Origin: Ascidiella aspersa
Taxonomy: Eukaryota
NCBI GenBank assembly: GCA_963924565.1
Contig: OZ004612.1
Span: 30,752,001 to 30,816,000 of the forward strand
Length of the DNA: 64,000 nucleotides
Reading direction: 5' to 3'
This document shows, in pieces, positions 53,101 through 64,000 of this stretch. The position numbers and the translations under genes were made by a program. Every line of letters begins with the position of its first letter. Position 1 is the stretch's first letter. The notes under the pieces were generated by a model. It was given only the letters and a program-made list of their open reading frames with translations. It searched no databases and was not told where the DNA came from.

Positions 53101-53534
53101 TTTGCTTTAGTTTAAAATAATGATTTTTATGTTTTATAACGCAATTGTTTATGACGTAGTTTCTTCCTCCCCCTTCGTTGATGACGTCACCAGCATGGAC
53201 GAGCACGTGTTTCGCGTGGATCGCATTGTTACGTCATCTACTCATCGCCTTCGTCACAGAGAATCGTTTGTTGGACATTATGACGCACATAACCGCCAAA
53301 GGTTGCCAGGACAACACGGTTTTCGAACAATTAAAGCAGTGTGACGTCACAGAAGGTTCATTGTTACGAACACAAAGCGACCTTTCTTACGTCACAAAGT
53401 GGCGTCAGGTCGAGGAGTGGTTTTTGCGTCACGCTCGAATGGTCACGGGTAGAGAGGGTTTTCAGTTGGATGAAGATTTCGAATTGTTCGTTTCGTCAGA
53501 AATTGAAGATTTTGTTCGTTTGTTGAACGATTAA
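41185..53534 (+). CDS. SLF1: SMC5-SMC6 localization factor 1 (ANKRD32)-like ankyrin-repeat protein, ~1027 aa, ~17 exons
   Basis: Exons: 41185(or 41215)-41334, 41687-41701, 42062-42301, 42614-43092, 43679-43886, 44872-44982, 46257-46390, 46912-47122, 47462-47540, 47991-48089, 48496-48669, 49111-49201, 49466-49538, 50552-50828, 51395-51594, 51957-52124, 53160-53534 (3084 nt, in frame). Ankyrin block KRNAKGETPLHRAC..PDHAGWTPLHEACNHG..TTALHDALNNGHIEIARLL..GG..LL..QGKTPL and central YPPP / LALHPP / EWSLL motifs resemble SLF1 as I recall it. The first two exons are less certain. Confidence 0.8.
42395..42555. repeat. ~40-bp degenerate minisatellite x4 in an SLF1-like intron
   Basis: Recurring CATTGTGACGTAA...GTAGAA(C/T)A. 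Confidence 0.75.
51791..51895 (+). repeat. Second copy of the hammerhead-like dispersed repeat
   Basis: CCGATGAAGATACAAGTTCGTATCGAAACGTC...CTACTCGACCTTTTTGGCTTTGCAATTCAT...AGATCCGTG matches the reverse complement of ~16328-16438. Further degenerate copies at ~7790-7845(-), ~20888-20965(+), ~22960-23010(-). Confidence 0.85.
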
Positions 53535-55159
53535 AACAAAACATTTATTTTGCTTAAGAACAGTCTTGTAAACAAGTCATTTTCAAGTGACTTAAAAAGT
53601 TACCATCAAGTTATTTGAAACATGAACGTCCAAGTCAAGTCTATTTAGTAAAAGACAAGCCAAGTAATTTAAAAACAGTGACTTAAGTGCACTTAATTAA
53701 GTTATTGACTTAAATTATTACAACGCTGGACTACGGTAACCCTACAAACAGCAACAGTGTAGTCCGTCTGCTCCAATTTTCACCTTATTATAAACCAGGA
53801 TGGTGGGAAAAAATCACATTGGTTAATAGAGAGAATGAATTTCGCTTATCACGATGCTTAATCTCTAAATTAAAATATACTTTTTCAGTTCTTAACAATT
53901 TAATACTGCTTTGTTGTAAGGTAAACTTCAAATCGGATAGTTAGACATTATATAATAACCTGTTATTCGTATCATTTCACATGGCCAATCGTTTAATTAT
54001 TGTGATACTTAATTTGGCAAGGGCTTTGTTTGTTTTTCTTATACGTCATTCTAAAAACGTTTTCTTTTGATGTATATGACGATTTTTTATTTTATTTTTT
54101 AATGGTTTACGTTTGTTGCTGATTTCTCGAGTTCTGTTGTTTTATTGACATAAACTGTGAACCTATGCAAGCGTCTTGTTTTCACTAACTGTTATAAACA
54201 AGTCATTTGTAAAAACACGTTTTAACATATTTTAGAAAACTTTGTTTTCAGAAAACCAAATTTTAAAATAGTTCGACAATATTAACCTAACAATGAAAAC
54301 AGGGTAATTGAGCTAAAAGTCACGTCAAGATCCTTGCAACAGGTCTGACAAAATAGTTTTTTTACTATATACCGGTATATCTAACCTTATACTAAATATT
54401 ACACAAGATACTATCTTTTCTAAAATGTTATGTACCTTGACTTTAACCAACTAAATAATTTATGGACGCGTTGCGTTAGACAAGCTTACCGGTTGATGCT
54501 GCAAAAGTTGTTAAAACTTAAAATTGTATGAAAAACGCCAAAACAGGAAAATGTAGATAACTTCTGCGTTTGGGAAAATAAAGGATTTATTGTAGCGTCC
54601 GCTAGATGGCGGTAAATAGCTTCATTAATTAAACTTAAAGAAGTTCTAGTTGGGTCAACAACTGGTTTAAACCATTTTTAATCGCGTAATCATTACTAAC
54701 ATCATAGAAAATAGCTCCTCCTAGAATCCTAGTGGATGTTGCCAGTGCCTGATAAAAGGTTTAAAAATAGAAACATAACAGTTTAGATTAAAAAATTAGA
54801 CTAAAATCTCTTCCTGGTGTAAAACAACTTAAGGTTGGATTGATATATGCATAAAAATAAATCAAAAAATAATAAAATAATTACTCCAGGGTGTCCCCTG
54901 CGTTATAAATATATACCTAATTCACTATTGAAAAAAGTTTATAAAATGGTTCATCCCTGAAAAACAAATTGCTATATATATTAAGTCAAAAATATGTTTT
55001 ATCTAGTTTTTATATTAAATTTGTTTACTTGTATGTAAATGCATTTTTTTCGTTCCAAAATAGACCAAACTGCCGGTAAAAAGCAAATGATTATTTCTAC
55101 TCAAGCTTTAAACTCAACAAATACTTACATGCTTCCCTAGCTTGTCATACTATAGGCAA

Positions 55160-55330
55160 AAATTAACCAATAATCTTATTGGTGGCCATTTTACAGTTAA
55201 ACGTAAATAATATTTATTGCTAAATGTGTTTTAATTTGGCCAACCGGAAAAATTCCCCATTTTATTCAAAAAATTAACAGCGCCCCAAGTGTTCGTCCTC
55301 TGACGTCACATTTTGCGAAATTTAAAACGC
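55160..55330 (+). promoter_or_regulatory. Putative Aurora promoter (CCAAT boxes, CRE, CHR-like TTTAAA)
   Basis: CCAAT ~55168, ATTGG ~55178, TGACGTCA 55301-55308, TTTTGCGAAA-TTTAAA 55311-55326. Followed by a candidate 5'UTR exon 55414-55464 (TAG|...|GTAAGC). Confidence 0.45.
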
Positions 55331-55435
55331 GTTTGATTTTGTTTTTATTTGATTCTTTTGTGTTTTAAAAGAACTTTCAAGTAGTTTAATTTGTTCTTAA
55401 TGAATCATTCTAGGCGAAAATAAACGCCAAGCTAC

Positions 55436-56115
55436 TATATTCATTCTATCAAGCAGAAAACACAGTAAGCTTTCTGTATATTTTGTCTAGTAAAGTAAAT
55501 TATTTCGTTTAAAAGCGCAATTATTGCAAGTTTGAAGTTTTATGTTTTTTACCCTTAAAACATTGTTACATCTGACATTATATATGTTTTCTTGGGCGCT
55601 GGTCTAGAATCAAACCACAGCGCTGAAACAAATATTCAATCAACGCACAATATTTGGGTTAGGGTGTCGGTTATTGTTTGGGTGAGGGTGGGTCAAGTAT
55701 TATTATTAAATAATATTGCTTAACCTACCCAAACGCTAAGAAAATACCTAAATAAAAATATTATACTTATTAATTTATATTCATTCTATCAAGCAGAAAA
55801 CACAGTAAGCTTTCTGTATATTTTGTCTAGTAAAGTAAATTATTTTGTTTAAAAGCGCAATTATTGCAAGTTTGAACTTTTATGTTTTTTACCCTTAAAA
55901 CATTGTTACATCTGACATTATATATGTTTTCTTGGGCGCTGGTCTAGAATCAAACCACAGCGCTGAAACAAATATTCAATCAACGCACAATATTTGGGTT
56001 AGGGTGTCAGTTATTGTTTGGGTGAGGGTGGGTCAAGTATTATTATTAAATAATATTGTTTAACCTACCCAAACGCTAAGAAAATACCTAAATAAAAATA
56101 TTATACTTATTAATC
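55436..56115. repeat. 340-bp near-perfect tandem duplication upstream of the Aurora CDS
   Basis: 55436-55775 repeats at 55776-56115 with about 5 substitutions by eye. Confidence 0.95.
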
Positions 56116-57100
56116 TATGTATAAATTAATATTGAATCACTAAGTTGATAGGAAGAGACTATTCATCTGGACACCAAAGTAGTTTAAATCGACATAACTA
56201 ACTGGTGCAAGCGTAAAAGGGCGATCCGGTCAAAAACCGACAGGCACCTCCCGAGGTTATTTCCACGAATAGCAAATTAAATTCAAGAGATTTCCGAAAA
56301 AAATTGTTTAAATTATGCAGGAAAATTAAATCTGGCCAAATAGTCACTTCCAAGCCCTGCTGGAAGGTATGGCTCAACGAGATCTCGCGCGTGCACGGCC
56401 GAAATAATCCGTGTGACCGGGTGCAACAAATATTTACATATTTTTGGTGCAGTTCAGATTTTTTTGGGGTGCACTTTTAAAAGGTTCAAAAATTCTCACG
56501 GGTGCACTTGCCATACTTTCCGCAGTGGCTTCCAAGTTGATATATTGAGATAAAAGTGCTCATAGTAATATTATGTTTTATTTAAACCTAATAACCGAAC
56601 TTGACAATATATATTTCTTAACTTCAGATTAGAAATTTTGGCCTGAAAAATTCATAAAAGGTGTCTTCTAGAACACTTAAAAAACCTAAAGTTGATTTTG
56701 GTCATATTATCTAATGCTGCTCAAATTTTAGCTGTAACTTTGTTCATATCCATGCAATTTTAACTTGCATAATCGTCTCATTTGACAAAATACAAATTTT
56801 TTAATCCGGTATCCACTGTGAAAATATGGTAAAGATTGGAAACTTTTATTGAGATGTTATGCAGGTTGAAAATTAAGCGACTGTAAAAGGTCTCTGCTAA
56901 AATTTGAGGGACTATATTTAACACAAGGAATAGTTTTTTTTTTCCTTTCAAGGTTGTACGGTTAAACATAGAATATAACTAAAACGTAGAATGTCAGGAT
57001 ATTACAAATTGAGCTAAATTTCTGTAAACGTTTTTAGATTTTTATTTCATGCCATTCCTAAGTTCTTTTTGTTAACTGATTTTATTTGATTTCCACGAAG

Positions 57101-58024
57101 ATGAATCCGTCCACGTCTTCGATGAAAGCTCCATTGAGCGATCTTAACAAAAATAAAGAGAAAAAAGAAGGAACAGCTGTTGTGGGAAGAAAACCAAACG
57201 AATGGTCGCTCAAAAACTTTGACATCGGTAAACCGCTCGGGCGAGGAAAGTTCGGGAGCGTATATCTTGCTCGAGAACGCGACAGCAAGTTCATCGTGGC
57301 TCTTAAGGTTTTGTTTAAATCTCAATTGGTGAAAAGCAATGTTGAACATCAACTGAGAAGAGAGATTGAGATTCAGTCTCATTTGAGACATCCGCATATC
57401 TTGCGACTCTACGGTTATTTCCACGATGAAACTAGAGTTTACTTGATTCTTGAGTACGCCCCTCGTGGCGAAATGTTCAAGGAGCTTCAGAAAAAAGGCA
57501 GGTTTTCCGAAGAGCTGACGGCTACGTACGTAGCAGAGCTTGCAGACGCCCTCAAATACTGCCACAGCAAGAATGTCATCCACCGAGACATCAAGCCGGA
57601 AAATCTGCTCATGGGTTTACGAGGAGAACTTAAAATTGCCGATTTTGGTTGGTCTGTTCACGCTCCATCGTCAAAAAGACAAACCTTGTGCGGAACCCTG
57701 GATTACTTGCCACCGGAGATGGTAGAGGGCAAAAACCACGACGAAACTGTCGACCTTTGGACCCTTGGGATCCTCTGCTACGAGTTCTTGGTCGGAAAGC
57801 CTCCGTTTGAGTCGCAGACGAACCAGGAAACTTACCGTCGAATCACACAGCTGCAGTACAACTTCCCTTCATTTGTGTCGGACGGCGCCAAGGATTTGGT
57901 TCGTCGATTGCTCCAACGGACTCCACACCATCGCATTCCACTCGACGAGGTCATGGTTCATCCGTGGGTAAAGGCCAATGCAAAAGTGCATAAATTTGGA
58001 CCCAACGGAAAACCTTTAGAATGA
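57101..58024 (+). CDS. AURKA: Aurora kinase, 307 aa, intronless CDS
   Basis: ATG at 57101 directly after an acceptor-like TTCCACGAAG. Aurora signature [86 protein letters not shown] (Gly) is Aurora-A-like, but this may be the single pre-duplication Aurora. Confidence 0.96.
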   Translation: MNPSTSSMKAPLSDLNKNKEKKEGTAVVGRKPNEWSLKNFDIGKPLGRGKFGSVYLARERDSKFIVALKVLFKSQLVKSNVEHQLRREIEIQSHLRHPHILRLYGYFHDETRVYLILEYAPRGEMFKELQKKGRFSEELTATYVAELADALKYCHSKNVIHRDIKPENLLMGLRGELKIADFGWSVHAPSSKRQTLCGTLDYLPPEMVEGKNHDETVDLWTLGILCYEFLVGKPPFESQTNQETYRRITQLQYNFPSFVSDGAKDLVRRLLQRTPHHRIPLDEVMVHPWVKANAKVHKFGPNGKPLE

Positions 58025-60513
58025 TCCGACACTTTGCTATCCATGATTTGTTGCTCTTCTATGATTCGTGCCACGGCTCTTGTAAATATTGTTCTACTTT
58101 TTCTTAATATTTTGTGTATTGCCATATTCTTTCAATATTGGTGATTTCCTTTGTGTAATTTTCATCTAAAAACACTGCTTTCAAACCTGTGGTTATTACA
58201 TTTATATGACGAGATTTTGAATGCTCTTTGTACAGCCTTAAGAAAGTTTAAGTAACATTTAAATTGTGAGCTGTGCAAAATATAAGAAAAAGAAGTTAAG
58301 ATCAAGTCAGACTGCAACTTTGGTGAGCAAAAAATATTCCTGTTTTTTGTTAATAAGGTTATTAATAAGAGCTGGTTGGTCATCAAACCTGGAATAACTC
58401 AGCACTTTATTACTAACTATAAAAGATGCCTTGTTGGAAGTTAATATAATCAAAACCAAAGTATGAAAAATTGGGTTTAACTCATTTTAACTAGATTTTG
58501 CTGAAAGCTTATGACATCTGCTTTACAAGAGCAACTATTCTGTGATTGCGCATTAATGAGATATTGAACCACGGTTTTTGAACAACCGGTAAATTAAGGA
58601 CAAAGTAGCCTTATTAGAATGCATATTTAAAAATAATACAAATGGTTAGTAATTTGAAAGTTTGCATTTCTAACTTATTGGACTCAAAAAGACTGAAATT
58701 AGATTAAAATCAACATCGGAATAAAATACGGTTTCAAATAATACCCAAAAAGAACTAATATCTAATAGTCATAAAAGCATCTAAATTAATGAGACCAGAA
58801 CTAGTCAGAATAAAGGCCATACAACATTTTAATTAACCCATAACCCCACCCCAAACCACACACCTAACTCCCATAATAATTTCAACCTCTCAGCTTTAAA
58901 CAGTGTGGTGCCAAATCGGTGGTGCTGTTCAAACTAGGGCACCTGAACTAATGCCAGTTGTGTCCCCAACCGTCTCATTCCCTCTCTTTTTTTTCTTTCT
59001 TTCCCTTTTAAGAAAGATGAATATCAGATTTACCCCCAATATATAAAATGATTTAATAAAAAACAAATGTAACAAATTACATAGTTACATTCAATGCGAC
59101 AGCTGTCTTTGCTTTTTGGCAATGACAAATGAAGTAACTAAGAGACAAGGATGTTGCCAATAAACTAAAAAAAGTTTCAATTAGTGTAGCATAATGTTAA
59201 CAACACTAGATGATAAAGAATCAATAGGCTTCTAGGCTAGCTTGGTATTAGCGGGTTATCTGAACTAGGCTAGCAATACCTACAGCCGGCACAACTTTTC
59301 TGTCCCATCAACTGATGTGGATATTTCCCCTTAAAACGAGAAAATTTACCCCAGGTTAAGAAAGGCTGCTCTACAGTTTAAGGTGTTAGTTTTTTCTATT
59401 TTAGTCCTATTCCAATCAATTTAGGTCTTATTAGAACAGGTTTAGGTTGTATTTAGAGGGTTTTAAACCTTATTCTGTCATGGACATTCCCGCCATACTG
59501 GGTAATACAATCTTAAGGTTTTTAATTTTTTTTAATAACCACAACACTATTTAGGGTTGTATTGTGCAGTAAGCATATTGTGAGACTTTATGAGATTACG
59601 GTATTTGCTTATGTGAGAGAATTATTCTATGTGAAGCATCGCCAACTCACACCCAAGTGTTAAATGATACTCATATGGGTGCCGTATATCTTAACCAGGT
59701 CAAATATATTTGGAAAACATTCCTATGCACACATAAAAGATATTTGAATTTCACTCGTGTGTTCCCTGTGCAAAAAACATTTTCAAGAAAATAAATTGGT
59801 TGTGCGTCTTATAGCCGGGTGCGCCTTATGGTCGGTAAAATACGGTAGTTCATACTTGTTTTAATGCCATATAATATCACTTAAACTTTACCTCACAATC
59901 GTGGTTTCACTTTCTTTGTTGTTTAGCGAATCACAAAAACACTTTTGTAATTTTATTAATTGATATTGCAACATATACATTTAACTAACAGTTGTGTGGG
60001 TAAGTTAGCATATAAGAGAAAGTTAGTAAAATGCAACACAATCATGTTTATTCAATGTTTTACATTCGGGATAATCTAGTATAATTTGTTAGCTCAGCCT
60101 TTATTACAAGCCTCTCAAAAACAACGAGGTCTACTACCAAATGTTGTTGTTTTATACAGAAATACGCAATTCAATATTTTAACACCAATAAGCCAATTGC
60201 AGTTTAGCAAAAATTAAAAACAGTTTACAGGAATTTCAAAGAAATACATGTTGCAACATAAGGGTTATACATATGACAATGATTGGTTTGGTGAAAGTGC
60301 AACGCTTTACGAAGATAATGTAGTTGTTGTCCAAGCTGTTTTGGTTGGTGTTGTTATGGTTTTGTTGTTGATGTTGTTTTTGTGATTGTTGTTGAGCTGT
60401 TGTTTTTATTAGTGTTTTGTAGTAGCTTTTGTAGTTGTTGTTGTTGTTGTTAATGTGAGTGTTAATGACATGTGTTGATTATATCACGTTTATAACGTTT
60501 TTTTGTCATTCAT

Positions 60514-63500
60514 TTAACCATAATATCTTATATTCTGTTGTTCGTTGTGGGAATGTGGTTGGTTGTGGGAATGTGGGTGTGAGTGTGTGTATACTTGCTG
60601 TTGTTGTTGTTGTTGTTGTTGTACCCGTTGTCGTTGTTGTTGTTGTTGTCCACACAACCCTCTTGTAATGTCCAAGTTGTCGACATCAATAACTCCACTC
60701 TGCGGTCCTTTCCTTCCGACAATACGAATCTGAAAAAAATAAAAAAGCATTCAGTTATTATCAGTCATTTCATGGTCTTACTTTTTTCTAGACGATGAAC
60801 AAGTTATGCAACAATTTTTTTAACGATTAATTTATTGGAAATAGACATGTGTCTATATGCAATGTGGCTCCCAGAAACTTGTACTTACATATTTAGAATT
60901 TTTTTGTAATATTGTATTCTGGAAAGATTTTTTGGTAAAGAAATCCTACCTGGATTGCTGTGTAAATGTAACACATATTTTCTAAAAGCTGTTTTCCCCT
61001 GTTGTTCTTTATATTTTACTGAAGTTGAAAAAAATACCAAGCAGGTTATAACAAAAATTGAGCGAAAGTTAGGTGTTGTTTAAAAGTAATTTTACTGCTA
61101 GATGCAAACACATGCTTTTATTTTTCATCGGTGGTTTGTTAAATATTTCAGGTTAAGATTTTTACCTGCTCACAAAAACTACAACCTCAGTTTGGTTAGG
61201 TCGCCAACTGAAGAAGTTTTTTATAGTTGTTATAGGTTTCCGAGTCCAGCTCCTGTCAAAAGCGGCCATATTAGGTTTAGATTGGTTCTGCGCAGTCAGA
61301 CTCAGGATTTTGTTAGTTTTACGTGGTGTTACTTGGGTCCCAAGTCCGACTCCGCAGCCCTGGCCAGGTTTATTGAGATTTTTCTCAACTTTTTTTACCA
61401 TTATTTGTGTAGACATATGAAGACATGACCTCATTAAAATTGACTTTTTTCTCTTTAGTTTGAGCTTGCAAAAATAATTGGGTCGTCAAAGCTTCATTGT
61501 TCTATTTATGCTGAGTATTTGGGTCACTGTGATAAAAAGTTTAAGAAGCACTGATTTTGTTCAATTTGTTAAAAATAGAAATGGCCAGTTTTATTAAAAT
61601 TGACTTTATTTATGCTACTGATGTTTTTTCTTTGTTCACTTAAGCTTACACAGAGTTCATGAAAGAGAATTGGCCTGTCAAAGCTTCAATGTTATACTTA
61701 CGCATAGTATTTGGAACACTGCGGAAAAAAAAGGTCGCGAAACACTGGTTTTGTTCAATTTATTAAAAATAAATTTCACTTCTTATGTTTCAGCTTTTCA
61801 CTCTTAATCCCTACTCACCATGGAAGGTGTCCCGGTCTCGACCTGTACTTGCAGTCGTCTCCAGTTCAGCATCTGTTCGTACGTTTGAAACAACGACCGA
61901 CTATTAAGGTAAACATTCAAGCGACTTCCAACCACGGGCATTCTGTAGTTCAAATGCACACAGAAGCAGCCTTGTAGTCCACGTGTGGTGTGTAAGCTCA
62001 CCATATCCCCTGCAGATAACTGCGAACCCATTTGCATGTAGCGGTTACCACCTGAGAACAAATAGTAATTTTTTTTAGTTTTTTTAGAAGAAACTGCAAA
62101 AAAATTGACATGTCTTTGGTGTTGAAACCATTTTCATGTAGCAGTTGCCATCTGAAAGCATACAGGATTGCTACCATTTTTGTAAAATAATTTAGAAGAC
62201 TTAAAAAACATTTTTGAACAAAACTGTATAAATGTTATGATCAGCACAATACCAAACAACTGCGAACCCATTTGCATGTAGCAGTTGCCACCTTAAGCAA
62301 CTGTGTGTCAACATAATTGTTACTGGGTTGTTAAACAATTTTATGAAATAATTTTAAAGAGTTTTAAAAAAAGTTTTTAAAAAATTAAAGAAAAACCTTT
62401 ATTGTCGTTAAAAACCTAAATTTTACTCGCTCAATAAAACTATAAATTAATAATGAAAGTAAAAAGGTTTCTAAATCCTTATATGTATATATTTGTCCCT
62501 AAGTTATAGTAAAAAACAACAAAAATATGTAGATTGTGTTATATTGTGGCACTGTGACAGTATTATAAAATACCGAAAATAAAACCTTTTTATTAAGTTG
62601 TCTAAAACAATTACAAAAACGTTTTCCATACATTTACTTAACGGACGTGAAACTTACCGGCATCACTGGTCAATCTCCACATTGGTTGTCTCACATAAGG
62701 ACGCCGGTATCCTCCATTGGGATAATTGTTCCCATAATAATTTGGGTTTCCTCCGTAATAATAGTTGCCACCAATATTAAAATCGTCTCCATAATAATTT
62801 CTCCTGTTGTTATATATTCCTCCATTATATCCCCCGTTATCGTACCCCCTGTTGTTGTACCCCCCGTTGTTGTATGGTCCACGGTTATTGTATGGTCCAT
62901 AACCACTGGGACGATACTGAGAAACGCCCGTGTTCATCCATCCGTTGTAGTTATTTGTTTGAAAGCCTGTCCGGTACCCTGTGAAGATTTGAATAAGTTA
63001 CGAAAACCTTGTAAAAAAATACTGTCATTTGAATTGACATTTTAATTTTTTTAATTTTATGAAATAACTACATTAAATGATTTCGTAAACATTAGAGTTT
63101 ATCTACAATTTAAAATATTTTTTTATTCAAAAAAAAATATATGTATTTAAAATATTTGCTTTTAATTGACATACGTAGCGCGCTGTATTTGTAAGTCATG
63201 AGTGAAACTGACACTTTCAGAATAGCACAAATGCAATAATTACAGTCGCAAATTTACACCACTATAAAACACTTCTTTTTGTTGATTTAAAAGCTCAAAA
63301 GTTACTCACTGTTAAATGGAACTGAACTTTGTCCCGGATATCTGCAAGTCCGTGGGCCGACGACCAATCCACTTGCTGCTGCGACAGGCTGTGGTGCTCC
63401 CCCTGGTGGTAAAACAGGTACTTGCGGATTTACTTGAATAGGCGATGTTGCAGGCCCCGGTACGATAGGGTTGACGGGTCCTGGGGGGTTAACTGGTCCT

Positions 63501-63626
63501 GGGGGATTAACTGGTCCGGGGAGGATAACGGGTCCGGGGGGGTTAACCGGTGCTAGTGTTGTCGGGCAACCCACTACCGATAAAATGTCGGTTTGAAATA
63601 CACTGAAGCTTCGCACGACTGTAGCC
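60514..63626 (-). CDS. MAM-domain extracellular protein (3' part; 5' exons upstream or outside the window) with PVNPPG repeats, G/Y/N-rich insert and polyQ/His tail
   Basis: Exons (minus): 63626-63310, 62978-62658, 62051-61819, 60729-60514, GT-AG and in frame. MAM-like pattern GW...W...GNRYM...CFCVHLNYRM..GSRLNVYL...NWRRLQV...IRIVGRKG..SGVIDVDNLDITRGLC. Confidence 0.8.
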
Positions 63627-64000
63627 CTGCAAAAGTAAGGAGCAATTAAACACAAAGAAAAAATATTGTGAAATCTATTTCAGTGATTCTCAAAGTTTTT
63701 CACCTTGCCTTATAGGATTTCTTCAGATAATGGATGACCCGTTTAGTTTTTAAAACAACTAAAATTGAAATTTTATTGTACAATAATTATCCCAACATTT
63801 AGTTTGCTACTCTTACTAACTATATATACTTTGTTTGCACAAGCTGTCAAATATTTAATATTCTTATTAAAATTCAACAAGAAAAATAATTTCCCGAGTA
63901 AAATAACTTATCAAGTGCCAATTTGGCTGCAAAAACATACAATCTACAAATACCTCAAGGCAAATTTATTGGGTAGGGTGTCGGTGAGCATTTGGGTGTG

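Noticed and set aside
57047-57583. 178-aa minus-strand ORF
   Set aside because: Antisense shadow of the Aurora kinase CDS.
60459-60798. PolyV, polyC, polyL and polyN ORFs, including a metallothionein-looking Cys run
   Set aside because: Alternative frames of the (CAA)n tract. Only the polyQ frame joins the MAM exons.
63704-63758. Possible further MAM-gene exon ending AAG|GTGAA
   Set aside because: Phase fits, but the sequence is AT-rich with no domain similarity, so it cannot be supported.

Overview
AT-rich, intron-containing eukaryotic DNA. It is most consistent with an invertebrate chordate such as an ascidian, but that is an inference from gene style and the abundant TGACGTCA motif. I reconstructed five genes by hand from splice sites and frame continuity. 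(1) Secreted serpin A, minus strand, 6 exons, ~425 aa, P1 Arg, basic C-terminal tail. (2) Tandem paralog serpin B, minus strand, 8 exons, ~448 aa, P1-P1' Arg-Ser, with an acidic Tyr-rich N-terminal extension partly on a 29-nt micro-exon. (3) An SLF1/ANKRD32-like ankyrin gene, plus strand, ~17 exons, ~1027 aa, with no visible BRCT domains. (4) An Aurora kinase with an intronless CDS. (5) The 3' part of a minus-strand MAM-domain protein whose MAM fold is interrupted by a Gly/Tyr/Asn low-complexity insert. The first ~14.6 kb has no credible gene but has GC-richer islands with clustered AAGGTCG motifs. Non-coding DNA is crowded with hAT-type MITEs (several with 8-bp TSDs) and a tRNA-derived element. 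Most notable are several families of short repeats carrying minimal hammerhead-ribozyme-like cores (CUGANGA-stem-GAAACGUH) of the Penelope/retrozyme type, often as fold-back palindromes. Local duplication of splice junctions recurs in all five genes. All gene models are manual and were not checked against transcripts.
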